64,000 bases of DNA from an uncultured bacterium (lineage in GTDB: Bacteria > Omnitrophota > Omnitrophia > Omnitrophales > Aquincolibacteriaceae), in assembly GCA_964482725.1 (NCBI GenBank), contig CAYZYT010000001.1, positions 186,061-250,060 of the forward strand, written 5' to 3'. The notes beneath the pieces are model-generated. The model was not told where the DNA came from and ran no database searches. It was given only the letters and a program-made list of their open reading frames with translations. Below, piece by piece: positions 36,755 through 46,263 of this stretch. The position numbers were made by a program, and so were the translations under genes. The first letter of the stretch is position 1, and every line of letters starts with the position of its first letter.

Positions 36755-38083
36755 TTAGTCTAAGATGGTGTAGCCGGATTCACGATGTTGCGTGAGATCC
36801 AACCCGATGCGTTCTTCATCCTCAGAAACTCGCAAACCCATCAGGGCATCCACGATCTTCAGAAGGACAAAAGAGACGATGAATGAATAAACAATGGTAA
36901 TGACCACAGCCTTGAGCTGGATCAGAAAAAGTCCCGGGTTCCCATAAAAGAGCCCATTATTCCCAGCCGGGTTGACCTCTTTTGTCGCCCAAAGACCTGT
37001 GGCTAAGGCGCCCCAGATTCCGCCAACGCCATGCACACCAAAAGCATCGAGCGAATCGTCATAGCCGAATTTTGTTTTCACTACGGCGACGAAGAAATAG
37101 CAGATCAACGAAACCCCGACCCCGATCCAGATGGCATCCATGGGGCCCACAAACCCTGCGGCGGGCGTAATGGCGACAAGGCCGGCGACAGCACCCGTGA
37201 TCATGCCAAGCATGGTGGGCTTCTTGCTGATCTTCCATTCCAAGAAAGACCAGGTGAGGCCTGCAGCGGCCGCAGCGACATGCGTCACCACGAGGGCGCT
37301 TGTTGCAAGGCCATTGGCGCCCAGAGCACTTCCCCCATTAAATCCGAACCAACCGAACCATAGAATGCCCGCGCCAAGCACGGCAAACGGTAGGTTGTGC
37401 GGAGGCGACATATGGCTCGGGTAACCTTTCCTTTTCCCCAGCACGATGGCGCAGACCAGGGCCGCGACCCCCGCGTTTATATGCACCACAGTACCGCCGG
37501 CAAAATCCAGAGCGCCTGAATTTCTCAAAAATCCACCCACGCCCCACACCCAGTGGCAAACAGGGTCATAAACGAACGTGGCCCAAAGGAGCGAGAAGAC
37601 GACGAACGCAGAAAATTTCATGCGCTCCGCGAAAGCTCCCAGGATAAGACCCGGCGTGATGATGGCGAACATCGCTTGATAGATCATGAAGGCTTGATGC
37701 GGAACGGTTGCTGAATAATCCACGAAAGGCTCAAGGCCGACGCCGTGCAGGCCCGCCCAGCTCAAGCTCCCAATCATCCCTTTGATGTCCGGCCCAAACG
37801 AAAGGCTGTAACCAAAGATCACCCATTGAAGCGTGATAATGCACATCAACATAAAACATTGCATGAGCACGGAGAGCATGTTCTTCTTGCGGACCAAACC
37901 GCCGTAGAAGAACGCAAGTCCCGGCGTCATCAAAAAAACCAGGGCTGCCGAGAGCAACACCCAAGCCGTATCGCCTGTATTGATGATGGGCACAACCGCA
38001 TCCGCGGCCAGCGCCAGTTTCGAGATCCCCATGAGGACAAGAAATCCTGTCACTCCGAAAAGCCACCCCGTAAATCTTCTCAT
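36755..38083 (-). CDS. amtB: Ammonium transporter.
   Basis: About 11 TM helices and Amt signatures (D..GG.VVH, FGFNGGSA). Confidence 0.9.
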   Translation of the reverse strand: MRRFTGWLFGVTGFLVLMGISKLALAADAVVPIINTGDTAWVLLSAALVFLMTPGLAFFYGGLVRKKNMLSVLMQCFMLMCIITLQWVIFGYSLSFGPDIKGMIGSLSWAGLHGVGLEPFVDYSATVPHQAFMIYQAMFAIITPGLILGAFAERMKFSAFVVFSLLWATFVYDPVCHWVWGVGGFLRNSGALDFAGGTVVHINAGVAALVCAIVLGKRKGYPSHMSPPHNLPFAVLGAGILWFGWFGFNGGSALGANGLATSALVVTHVAAAAAGLTWSFLEWKISKKPTMLGMITGAVAGLVAITPAAGFVGPMDAIWIGVGVSLICYFFVAVVKTKFGYDDSLDAFGVHGVGGIWGALATGLWATKEVNPAGNNGLFYGNPGLFLIQLKAVVITIVYSFIVSFVLLKIVDALMGLRVSEDEERIGLDLTQHRESGYTILD

Positions 38084-38193
38084 TGTGTGATCCTCCTTTT
38101 TTATATTGGAACTCTCGCTCTACGAATTCGTCTGACATTTTTGTATTTTTTGAAGCCATAAAACCCTTCGCATCCATGAACACCTGTAGATGA

Positions 38194-38209
38194 TGCAAAA
38201 GACGTGCCA
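38194..38209 (-). promoter_or_regulatory. Sigma-54 (-24/-12) promoter for amtB-glnK-porin. The minus strand reads TGGCAC-GTCTT-TTGCA.
   Basis: Perfect consensus elements with 5-nt spacing, about 110 nt upstream of the amtB ATG. Confidence 0.7.
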
Positions 38210-38242
38210 ACTTTGGGAGATAGGACAAAAGAGGTGCAGATA

Positions 38243-38262
38243 TTTTTTTTGGGGGGGGGGGG
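38243..38262. repeat. Homopolymer tract T8 G12, about 35 bp upstream of the amtB sigma-54 promoter.
   Basis: TTTTTTTTGGGGGGGGGGGG is seen directly in the sequence. Confidence 0.8.
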
Positions 38263-38541
38263 ATTTTCATGAGAGATCAGAATGATCCCGATGCAACAAA
38301 CGCATGAAGCAGACTCGCCACGCAGCGTGGCGGGTTCGTCCTCACCCAAACTTCGGGTGAGGCGAAAAAGGCGAGCCCCTCAGGGGATGAGGAAGCCCGC
38401 CTGCCTTGCCCTATTCGCGATTAATCAGAAGAAAATAGAGGACCATAGGACTATCCTTGTCTCCAATTTCATTTCTTGAATGGTGACAAGGATTGCCCCA
38501 ATCTCAGCACCGCTTCGACTGATTGGTATTGGGACTAACCC

Positions 38542-38571
38542 GGCTTTTCATCAAAAATCTGATGAAAAGCC
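38542..38571 (-). terminator. 11-bp perfect stem hairpin GGCTTTTCATC-aaaaatct-GATGAAAAGCC immediately 3' of glnN.
   Basis: Lies 24 nt downstream of the glnN stop. No clean U-tract follows. Confidence 0.45.
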
Positions 38572-38594
38572 AGGGATTGCCCTATTTGAAAAAC

Positions 38595-40709
38595 TTACAG
38601 TTTGAAAAGCATTTCGGCATAGGTGGGGACCGGCCAAAGGTTTGCCGGCATCAATCCTTCCACAGCATCAATATCCTTGCGCAGATCACTGGCCGCAACC
38701 ACCACTTTGTCGCGGAAGGCTTCAGCGCGTTTGATCAGATCCTTCGCCGCATGCGCTTTTTCGATCGCGTTCTCGAGCACCGTCAGCTTCTCATCGGCTG
38801 ATTCCAAAAGGTCGCTGACTTTCCCCAGCAATTCCTTCTGAACTTTAGAAGAAACAGCGACCGATTTGAGTTTTGAAACCGTCTTCGCAAGATCCTTCGT
38901 GAACTCGATGACGGCGGGAATGTACTGACGCTTCACCATGTGGACCGCGGCCCGGGCTTCAATGTTGACGTGTTTCACATAAGCCTCGAGATAGATCTCA
39001 TAGCGTGAGTGCAACTCCCCGGCCGAAAGCACTTTATACTTTTCAAAAAGCTTCACGGCTTCCGGCGTTGCCATTGAGGCGAGCGCTTCGACGCCTGTTT
39101 TAACGTTCGGCAAGCCGCGTTTCTTGGCTTCCGCGACCCACTCCTCCGAATAGTTATTCCCGTTAAAAATAATCCGCCCATGCTTTTTCATGGCATCCCG
39201 GATGATCGCGGTCGCTTCCTTGTGGAGGCCGCTTTTTCCGGCCTTTTCAAGACGCGTCGCGATCTCATCCAGCGCTTCCGCCGCGATCACATTGATCACA
39301 ATGTTGGGACCGGAAATCGAGGCTGAAGACCCGACCATGCGGAATTCAAACTTGTTGCCTGTAAACGCGAAGGGCGATGTGCGATTCCGGTCCGTATTAT
39401 CCTTCGGGAGTTGAGGCAAAGAATCAACACCGACCTGGACAAAATGCTGTCCGCGATTTTCGACCTTCTTGCCTTTGGCGATCCCTTCTAGGATCTCCGT
39501 AAATTCATCCCCCATAAAAATAGAGATAATGGCCGGAGGAGCTTCGTTGGCGCCGAGCCGAAGATCGTTCCCGGGATTCCCGCAGCTTGCGCGCAATTTT
39601 TCCGCGTGACGGTCCACCGCCATAATCATCGCGCTCACAAAGATCAGGAACTGTTCATTCTCAGCCGGCGTTCTCCCCGGCTCAAGCAGGTTCTGCCCGT
39701 CATCGGTCGAAAGCGACCAGTTGTTGTGCTTGCCGGAACCGTTCACACCCGCAAACGGTTTCTCATGAAGGAGACACACAAGATCATGGCGAAGAGCCAC
39801 TTTCTGCATGGTTTCCATGACCAGCTGGTTGTGATCCGCAGCAATGTTGGTCGTCGAAAAAATCGGCGCCATCTCGTATTGCGCGGGCGCGACCTCATTG
39901 TGTTTCGTTTTGGAGGAAATGCCCATCTTCCACAATTCGATATCAAGGTCCCTCATAAAATCGGCAATACGGTCCTTGATCGCACCGAAATACTGGTCTT
40001 CTAGCTCCTGCCCCTTCGGAGCCGGCGCGCCAAAAAGAGCTCGCCCGGAGACGATCAGGTCGAGACGTTTTTCATAGCATGTTTTATCGATCAAAAAATA
40101 TTCCTGCTCGGGACCGACTGTCGAGGTCACACGCTTGACGGTTTTATTACCCAGAGCCTTCACAACCCGAACCGCCTGTTTTGAGACCGCTTCCATGGAA
40201 CGAAGAAGTGGGGTTTTCTTATCCAGGGCTTCACTCGTGTAGGAACAGAAGGCCGTCGGGATACAAAGCGTCACGTTACTCGACGCATCGGTCTTAAGAA
40301 ACGCCGGCGAGGTGCAATCCCAGGCGGTATAGCCTCGCGCTTCGAACGTAGACCTCAGCCCGCCGCTCGGAAAGGACGAAGCATCCGGTTCTCCCTGTGT
40401 CAGCTGCTTGCCGGAAAACTCCATGATCACACTGCCGTCTTCGGTCGGCGCAATAAAGGAATCATGCTTTTCCGCGGTCCGTCCGGTCAAAGGCTGGAAC
40501 CAGTGCGTATAATGCGTTGCGCCCTTCTCGATCGCCCAGTCTTTCATCGCGCTGGCAACGACGTTGGCGACCTCCAGAGAAAGAGGCAACCCCTCCTGGA
40601 TCGTCTTTCTCAAAGCCTTGTAGGTATCTCTCGGGAGCCTTTCCTTCATCACCCGGTCGTTAAAAACATTACTTCCGAAAATTTCCGTTACATCGATCTG
40701 CTTGTGCAT
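38595..40709 (-). CDS. glnN: Glutamine synthetase type III.
   Basis: Length and motifs ([11 protein letters not shown] at the N-terminus, GS catalytic domain) match GSIII. Start MHKQIDV with GGAGG upstream. The ORF track over-extends to 40775. Confidence 0.85.
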   Translation of the reverse strand: MHKQIDVTEIFGSNVFNDRVMKERLPRDTYKALRKTIQEGLPLSLEVANVVASAMKDWAIEKGATHYTHWFQPLTGRTAEKHDSFIAPTEDGSVIMEFSGKQLTQGEPDASSFPSGGLRSTFEARGYTAWDCTSPAFLKTDASSNVTLCIPTAFCSYTSEALDKKTPLLRSMEAVSKQAVRVVKALGNKTVKRVTSTVGPEQEYFLIDKTCYEKRLDLIVSGRALFGAPAPKGQELEDQYFGAIKDRIADFMRDLDIELWKMGISSKTKHNEVAPAQYEMAPIFSTTNIAADHNQLVMETMQKVALRHDLVCLLHEKPFAGVNGSGKHNNWSLSTDDGQNLLEPGRTPAENEQFLIFVSAMIMAVDRHAEKLRASCGNPGNDLRLGANEAPPAIISIFMGDEFTEILEGIAKGKKVENRGQHFVQVGVDSLPQLPKDNTDRNRTSPFAFTGNKFEFRMVGSSASISGPNIVINVIAAEALDEIATRLEKAGKSGLHKEATAIIRDAMKKHGRIIFNGNNYSEEWVAEAKKRGLPNVKTGVEALASMATPEAVKLFEKYKVLSAGELHSRYEIYLEAYVKHVNIEARAAVHMVKRQYIPAVIEFTKDLAKTVSKLKSVAVSSKVQKELLGKVSDLLESADEKLTVLENAIEKAHAAKDLIKRAEAFRDKVVVAASDLRKDIDAVEGLMPANLWPVPTYAEMLFKL

Positions 40710-40742
40710 AGCAACCTCCCCTTTTTTGTGTAATGTATGAAA

Positions 40743-40759
40743 AGCAAGTTCTATGCCAA
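40743..40759 (-). promoter_or_regulatory. Sigma-54 promoter for glnN. The minus strand reads TGGCAT-AGAAC-TTGCT.
   Basis: Correct GG/GC spacing. About 35 nt upstream of the glnN ATG. Confidence 0.6.
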
Positions 40760-40809
40760 CTTCCAAATTAATCACTCAGAGGAATTATAGCCCGAAAGGG
40801 AACGTGGAT

Positions 40810-40854
40810 ATACAAAATTGTATGCGCCTTTTTTTCGAGTATACAAAAATGTAT
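40810..40854. promoter_or_regulatory. Two 14-bp palindromes ATACA-N4-TGTAT (40810..40823 and 40841..40854), centred 31 bp apart. Candidate enhancer (UAS) for the glnN sigma-54 promoter.
   Basis: They sit about 50 to 110 bp upstream of the -24/-12 element. Spacing is three helical turns. Confidence 0.45.
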
Positions 40855-40863
40855 CTTATCCAG

Positions 40864-40904
40864 GGTCTGATTCTCATTAGTCTGGAATCAAAGGTATCCA
40901 GGAC
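40864..40904 (+). repeat. Bipartite inverted-repeat element, family F4, copy 3 (GGTCTGATTCTCATTA-N13-GGTATCCAGGAC).
   Basis: Same architecture as the copies at 42665 and 50324. Confidence 0.5.
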
Positions 40905-40959
40905 TAGCCCCAAGACTTATCCGCCTCACTAAGATAAAAGGGGGCTTTTCCCGACCCCC

Positions 40960-40997
40960 TTCGAGGAAAAGAAAATAAAAGTCAGGACCGTCCTGTC
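40960..40997 (-). terminator. Terminator of the NifA-like gene: hairpin CAGGAC/GTCCTG followed by a U-rich run on the minus strand.
   Basis: The minus strand reads GACAGGACGGTCCTGACTTTTATTTTCTTTTCC directly after the stop codon. Confidence 0.5.
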
Positions 40998-41010
40998 GAC
41001 CTTTGCATTT

Positions 41011-42609
41011 TTAACGAAGGCAGGATAGACCGTAGATCTTGACCTTATACCCCAGGATCCGCTCCGTAACCCCAAGGATCTTAGCCGCTTTCCGTTGGCT
41101 CCCGCCTGTTTTTTGGAACGCCGCCTGAATCAACTTCTTTTCGAGTTTCTCAACTGCACCCGAAAGATCCCCGCAAGATTCTTCGCTTTCCTTCTCGCCG
41201 GCAGGAGACTCGCGCTCCTTAAGCTGGATCGTAACCGGATGGCCTTTGGGCCCCGGGATCGGGAAGAGATCGGCTTCAAGCGTATCGGTCTTGCAATGGA
41301 TCACGGCCCTCTCGATCGCGTTCTCGAGCTCACGAATATTGCCGGGCCAGGCATAACCCATGAGATATTTCATGGCTTCATCGGAAACATACTTCACTTT
41401 CTTCCCGTTCTCCAGGGTCGCTTTTTTCAAAAAATGCGCGACAAGAAGCGGAACATCTTCCCGCCTCTCCCGCAAAGAAGGCAAAAGGATCGGCACCACA
41501 TTGAGCCGATAATAGAGGTCTTCCCGGAACTGCTTTTCCTGAATGGCCTTCTCAAGATCGCGATTGGTCGCCGCGATCACCCGCACATCGACGTGGATCG
41601 TCTGGGTCCCCCCCACACGCTCGAACTCCCGCTCTTGGAGCGCGCGCAAGAGCTTGACCTGCATCGACGCCGAAATATCCCCGATCTCATCGAGAAAAAG
41701 CGTTCCGCCGTCCGCCATTTCAAAACGCCCTAATTTCTTTGCCGCCGCACCGGTAAAGGCGCCCTTTTCGTACCCGAAGAGTTCGCTCTCCAGAAGCGTT
41801 TCCGGCAATGCCGCACAGGACACTTTCACGAAAGGGCCTTTGGCGCGATGGCTTCCATAATGGATCGCATGCGCCACCAGCTCTTTTCCTGTTCCTGTTT
41901 CGCCCCGCAAGAGCACGGTCGAACGCGTCCGGCTCACCATGTCGATGGCTTCATAAACTTCTTCCATTCGCTTGCTTTTGCCGATGATGTTGGCGGGATG
42001 GAATTTTTTGGCAAGTTCCCGTTTCAGCTCAACATTCTCGAACTGGAGCTTTGCTTTTTCCTTTTCACGGAGCCGGTAACTGGCAACGGTTTGCGCGAGG
42101 ATGGAACTGATAATGGTCAAAAGCCTCAGATCCTCGTCCAAGGAGACATTCCCCTCGAAAAGGCGGTCCACACTCAGCGCCCCGATGGTTTCCTGATCGA
42201 TCTTGATGGGAACACAAATGAAAGCGATCCGGTTACGACGAAAATCCTTCCGCGCACCGGTTCGATTAAGAAAAAGCGGCTCTTCTCCGATATTCGGAAC
42301 GGCGATCGGCTCTCCCGCCTCTACGACCTTCCCGGTAATCCCTTCCCCGACCTTATAGCGGCCTTTCTTTTTAGCCTGATCGTCCAGGCCATGGGCGATC
42401 TCGATCGTAAGACTTTCCCCGTCAGCGTCGAGAAGCGTCAGCGTTCCCCGGTGCATCCCCATTTTCTCCTGGAGAACATCCAGCGCCTTCCTCATACGTT
42501 CCTCGATCGGGAGCGGAGATGTCATGTGCCGGGTGATCTCATAGAGCACACTCAGCTCCTGGATCTCACGCTGAAGTCCTACGGAAGGTTTCATTTTTTC
42601 GGTGCCCAT
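41011..42609 (-). CDS. Sigma-54-dependent transcriptional activator with an N-terminal GAF domain (NifA-like, no receiver domain) and a C-terminal Fis-type HTH.
   Basis: GAF region, AAA+ sigma-54 interaction domain ([21 protein letters not shown]) and HTH ([16 protein letters not shown]). Confidence 0.8.
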   Translation of the reverse strand: MGTEKMKPSVGLQREIQELSVLYEITRHMTSPLPIEERMRKALDVLQEKMGMHRGTLTLLDADGESLTIEIAHGLDDQAKKKGRYKVGEGITGKVVEAGEPIAVPNIGEEPLFLNRTGARKDFRRNRIAFICVPIKIDQETIGALSVDRLFEGNVSLDEDLRLLTIISSILAQTVASYRLREKEKAKLQFENVELKRELAKKFHPANIIGKSKRMEEVYEAIDMVSRTRSTVLLRGETGTGKELVAHAIHYGSHRAKGPFVKVSCAALPETLLESELFGYEKGAFTGAAAKKLGRFEMADGGTLFLDEIGDISASMQVKLLRALQEREFERVGGTQTIHVDVRVIAATNRDLEKAIQEKQFREDLYYRLNVVPILLPSLRERREDVPLLVAHFLKKATLENGKKVKYVSDEAMKYLMGYAWPGNIRELENAIERAVIHCKTDTLEADLFPIPGPKGHPVTIQLKERESPAGEKESEESCGDLSGAVEKLEKKLIQAAFQKTGGSQRKAAKILGVTERILGYKVKIYGLSCLR

Positions 42610-42664
42610 AGATTATTTCACGGCCTGACCCGCCCAAATGACAGACTTTAAAGGTTGGCGGGAC

Positions 42665-42708
42665 GGGTCCTGATTACCTTTATTTTAAAATTAATGAGAA
42701 TCAGGGCC
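42665..42708 (-). repeat. Family F4 element, copy 1 (minus strand: GGCCCTGATTCTCATTAATTTTAAAATAAAGGTAATCAGGACCC). It overlaps the lpxI stop codon.
   Basis: The lpxI TGA is the TGA inside CCCTGATTCTC. The element ends about 50 nt upstream of the NifA-like start. Confidence 0.55.
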
Positions 42709-43516
42709 TGTCACTAACGCCATAAAGGACAATACCGGCACGATTCGCTTTTTCCACAAAGATGTCCTTACCGATAAAAAGCGTCTTATGCGCCTCGAAA
42801 GCAAAAGCCTCGGCATGCACTGCCATAAGGACCTCCAGCGTCTTCAAACCTACCGCCGGCACATCAAAACGCATGTCCTGGTTCGGCTTGGCTATTTTCA
42901 CCACGATGATCTTACCCCGCCCGAGCGCCCCGCCTCGGCGTATCGCTTCGTCGGTACCTTCAATAGCTTCGACCGCGAGCACCGCTTTATTTTTGACGAC
43001 CACCGTCTGTCCGATGTCTGCGCCGGAGATCTTCTGTGCCATTTCAAAACCGAAATCGATATTGTCCATGATCGACTTGGAGGGCTTCTTCTTGCCGAGC
43101 AGTCCCGGCCCCGGCATCATGTCTTTGAGAAGACAGGTGGAGTCCTGGAGCACGATGCCTTTTTTAAAGAGATAATCGGCAATCCCGCTTAGGAGAGAGT
43201 CGTCTTTATGGTCCTTCAGCGTCACCAAGACCGCCATCATGTCGAGGTCAAGACGCACGTTCTCTTTAAAAAAGCGAACCTTCTCGACCTTCCCGGCCAT
43301 GATCGCTTCGTGAGCACCTTCATCTTTGAGGAATTTCGAAAGCTTTTTGAGCTCGCCAACTTTTACCCAAGAAAAAGCATCCGAAATCTTTTCCAGAGAG
43401 GGTTCGGCTTCTTGTTCGATTGCGCAAGTTACAACCCGGTATCCCGCCCTTTTAGCCTCTTCGGCCACCAGGATGGGAAAACGGCCGTTCCCTGCGATGA
43501 TCCCCATGGTTTTCAT
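42701..43516 (-). CDS. lpxI: UDP-2,3-diacylglucosamine hydrolase LpxI (DUF1009 family).
   Basis: N-terminus MGIIAGNGRFP and overall LpxI-family similarity. Co-located with lpxA and lpxC. Confidence 0.7.
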   Translation of the reverse strand: MKTMGIIAGNGRFPILVAEEAKRAGYRVVTCAIEQEAEPSLEKISDAFSWVKVGELKKLSKFLKDEGAHEAIMAGKVEKVRFFKENVRLDLDMMAVLVTLKDHKDDSLLSGIADYLFKKGIVLQDSTCLLKDMMPGPGLLGKKKPSKSIMDNIDFGFEMAQKISGADIGQTVVVKNKAVLAVEAIEGTDEAIRRGGALGRGKIIVVKIAKPNQDMRFDVPAVGLKTLEVLMAVHAEAFAFEAHKTLFIGKDIFVEKANRAGIVLYGVSDRP

Positions 43517-43648
43517 GTTTTACCCCGTTCAAGAGAGGGAGCGATGGCGTACATGAGAGGAAACCTACGCTCCAAATTCTCGATTTCTTTTTATTGATGC
43601 CCAGCAGGATGGCTCATCCCGCCAAAGGCAGGATGATAGAGAATAAAA

Positions 43649-44416
43649 CTATCCGCAAATACCCCGCTCGGACTTCTCCAAAAATGAAAGAATCGTCTGA
43701 ATGGAAGGACTGAGGGGGATGTCTTGCTGGATCTGCTTGATAACGTTCTTTAAAATAAGACCCGACTTGAAGATGATCTTGAAGGCTTTTTTGATCGCCG
43801 ATTTTTCTGCTTGGGAAAATCCCGCGCGATCCAAACCCACGGCATTAATGCCGAAGGCATGCGCCGGATGACCGTCGACCATCATAAAAGGAGGGATGTC
43901 TTGCACGACCTTGGAACATCCGCCCGTAATCGACAATTTCCCGATCCGGACGAACTGGTGAACCGCAGAGAGGCCTCCGATGATCGCTTGGTCCTCCACG
44001 ATCACGTGCCCCGCAAGCGTCGCGTTATTGGCAAGCGTTGCACCATTATGGATGATGCAATCGTGAGCGACGTGCGCGTAAGCCATCAGGAGGTTGTCGC
44101 TGCCGATTACGGTCTCGGTACCGTTTAGGGTCCCAGGATTCAAGGTTGCGTATTCACGGATCGTGTTGCGATCGCCGATCTTGAGATAACTCACACCGCC
44201 ATCGGCTTTTTTGTCCTGTGTAAGGCTACCGACCACCGCGCCGGTGAAGATCTCATTATCTTCCCCGAGGGTGGTGTGCCCTTCGATCGTCACACGCGGC
44301 CCGACTTTTGTACGCGCCCCGATCTTTACCGTAGCCGCGATGATGGCCCAAGGACCGATCTCCACCCCTTCACCCAGGATGGCATCCGGATGGACGATCG
44401 CGGAAGGATGGATCAT
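43649..44416 (-). CDS. lpxA: Acyl-ACP--UDP-N-acetylglucosamine O-acyltransferase.
   Basis: Left-handed beta-helix hexapeptide repeats. Start MIHPSAIVHP. The ATGA overlap with the upstream stop is typical of operon coupling. Confidence 0.85.
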   Translation of the reverse strand: MIHPSAIVHPDAILGEGVEIGPWAIIAATVKIGARTKVGPRVTIEGHTTLGEDNEIFTGAVVGSLTQDKKADGGVSYLKIGDRNTIREYATLNPGTLNGTETVIGSDNLLMAYAHVAHDCIIHNGATLANNATLAGHVIVEDQAIIGGLSAVHQFVRIGKLSITGGCSKVVQDIPPFMMVDGHPAHAFGINAVGLDRAGFSQAEKSAIKKAFKIIFKSGLILKNVIKQIQQDIPLSPSIQTILSFLEKSERGICG

Positions 44417-45696
44417 TCCCGGTCGACCACGGCGAACTTCACATCCGCTTCGCATACAAGTTTTTCCCCCACATAGGCCTTTCCGGAACATTGACCGAAC
44501 TTGGCACGTTTCTTTAGGACCTCAACCTCCATCCGAAGCGTATCCCCCGGAAGAACCGGACTGCGCCATTTGACGGCGTCCACGCTCATGAAATAGGCGA
44601 TCTTGCCCCGGTTCTCGGGCTCGCCCAACATGATCACCCCGCCTACCTGCGCCATCGCTTCCACGATCAGCACCCCCGGCATCACCGGATGCCCGGGGAA
44701 ATGTCCCTGAAAAAAATAATCGTTCATGGTGACCTGTTTGAAACCCGTCGCGCGTGTCCCCGGCTCGAAATTCTCGATCCTATCCACAAAAAGGAATGGG
44801 TATCGGTGCGGAATGATCTTCTGGATCTCTTCGACATTCAGTGTTTTGGAGAGTGGTTTCGGTTCAGCGGGAACGTTCATCATTAATTTCCTCACAAGTT
44901 CGACGTTAAGGGCGTGGCCACTCCGGGAAGCGATGACATGCCCCCGAATAAATTTCCCACACAAAAAAAGATCCCCCAGAATATCCATCATTTTGTGACG
45001 ACAAGCTTCGTTTTCAAACCGCAAAGTGTTCTGGAGCGGCTTGTTCTTCTCAAAAATGAGTGTATTGGAAGCATTCGCTCCCTTGCCAAATCCTTGGGAG
45101 AGCAAGAGCTCCGCCTCCTTTTTAAGGCAAAAGGTGCGAGCCGAAGACAACTCCCGCTCAAAGATTTCCGGCAAGATCGGAAGCGATAGGTACTGGTCCA
45201 GAAGGTTCACATCCCGATAACTGAGCATGTAGGAGATCGAGAAAGAATCCGCCGGCAAGATCACGATCGACTGATCCCCCTGATCGATGTACACAGCCTC
45301 CTTGACCTCAAGGAACTTCCGCTCCGCCATCTGTTCCTCGAGGCCCGCGGCGATCAAGGCCTTCGTGAACTCTTGGGCACTCCCATCCATCCCGGGGACT
45401 TCTTCTCCGTCGATCTCCACCAGAGCGTTATCGATCCCGAGCCCGTGAAAAGAAGCCATAAGATGTTCGATCGTCCGAACGCGCCCCGTCCCCACCGAAA
45501 TCGCGGTTTGGCGCATCTCATCGGAACAGACATTCTCGATCGAGGCCTTCACCTTAAGGTCAGGGGCCAGATCCACGCGGCAAAAAAGTATGCCGGCATT
45601 TTCCGAAGCGGGACGCACACACACCGTGACCTTGCGACCGGTATGGAGCCCCGCACCTTCGAAAACGGCCTGGCTTTTGAGAGTCCTTTGCTTCAT
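44413..45696 (-). CDS. lpxC-fabZ: Bifunctional UDP-3-O-acyl-GlcNAc deacetylase / 3-hydroxyacyl-ACP dehydratase (LpxC-FabZ fusion).
   Basis: N-terminal LpxC domain (HTGRKVTV, zinc ligands) fused to a C-terminal hotdog FabZ domain (HFPGHPVMPGVLIVEAMAQ). Confidence 0.85.
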   Translation of the reverse strand: MKQRTLKSQAVFEGAGLHTGRKVTVCVRPASENAGILFCRVDLAPDLKVKASIENVCSDEMRQTAISVGTGRVRTIEHLMASFHGLGIDNALVEIDGEEVPGMDGSAQEFTKALIAAGLEEQMAERKFLEVKEAVYIDQGDQSIVILPADSFSISYMLSYRDVNLLDQYLSLPILPEIFERELSSARTFCLKKEAELLLSQGFGKGANASNTLIFEKNKPLQNTLRFENEACRHKMMDILGDLFLCGKFIRGHVIASRSGHALNVELVRKLMMNVPAEPKPLSKTLNVEEIQKIIPHRYPFLFVDRIENFEPGTRATGFKQVTMNDYFFQGHFPGHPVMPGVLIVEAMAQVGGVIMLGEPENRGKIAYFMSVDAVKWRSPVLPGDTLRMEVEVLKKRAKFGQCSGKAYVGEKLVCEADVKFAVVDRE

Positions 45697-45708
45697 CGTT
45701 CTCGGGAC

Positions 45709-46221
45709 TTAAGCTTTCTTATATTTCTTCGCGAGCTCCGCAGAGACCTGCGCCGTGACATCAAAAGACTTTTTCTGGGCGAGAAGCACGCGTTTATTGA
45801 AGATCATGTCATAACCGCCTTTGGCCGAAAGGTCCTGGACGATCACATCGATCTCCTGGAAGATCTCACGAACCACCTTATCGCGCTGCTCCGCGAGTTG
45901 CTGACGGACGCCGCGATCAAAATCCTCGAGCTGACGTTTCTTCTCGATCAATTGTTCCTGCTTGGCGGCACGGGCATCCGCCGCGAGAAGGGCCAATTCA
46001 TCTTCCATCGAACGGATCTTGGCCATCATATCATTACGTTCTTTTTCCTTGGCTTCTCCCGCGGTCTTAAGCACCAGGTCCTGATCCTTAGTCTTTTGGT
46101 AATTGTCAAAAACCTCGCCCACATCCACATACGCAACCTTCATCTCAACCGCGAAGGCCGGAAGGCTCATGCCCAACATCATCAATAGGGTTAGAAAACC
46201 CGCTGTCATTTTACGGCTCAT
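45709..46221 (-). CDS. skp: Periplasmic chaperone Skp (OmpH).
   Basis: Signal peptide, then a coiled-coil-rich 150-aa protein. Located between bamA and the lpx genes. Confidence 0.75.
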   Translation of the reverse strand: MSRKMTAGFLTLLMMLGMSLPAFAVEMKVAYVDVGEVFDNYQKTKDQDLVLKTAGEAKEKERNDMMAKIRSMEDELALLAADARAAKQEQLIEKKRQLEDFDRGVRQQLAEQRDKVVREIFQEIDVIVQDLSAKGGYDMIFNKRVLLAQKKSFDVTAQVSAELAKKYKKA

Positions 46222-46263
46222 GGTAGTTCTCCTTTGTTAGAATGGAACGGTGGTTGAAACTTT

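Noticed and set aside
38282-38479. 65-aa plus-strand ORF in the amtB upstream region
   Set aside because: It lies in a region full of palindromes (GCCACGCAGCGTGGC, CTCACCC..GGGTGAG) and homopolymers. There is no RBS and the composition is Arg/Pro-rich. It is more likely regulatory DNA for the amtB sigma-54 promoter.
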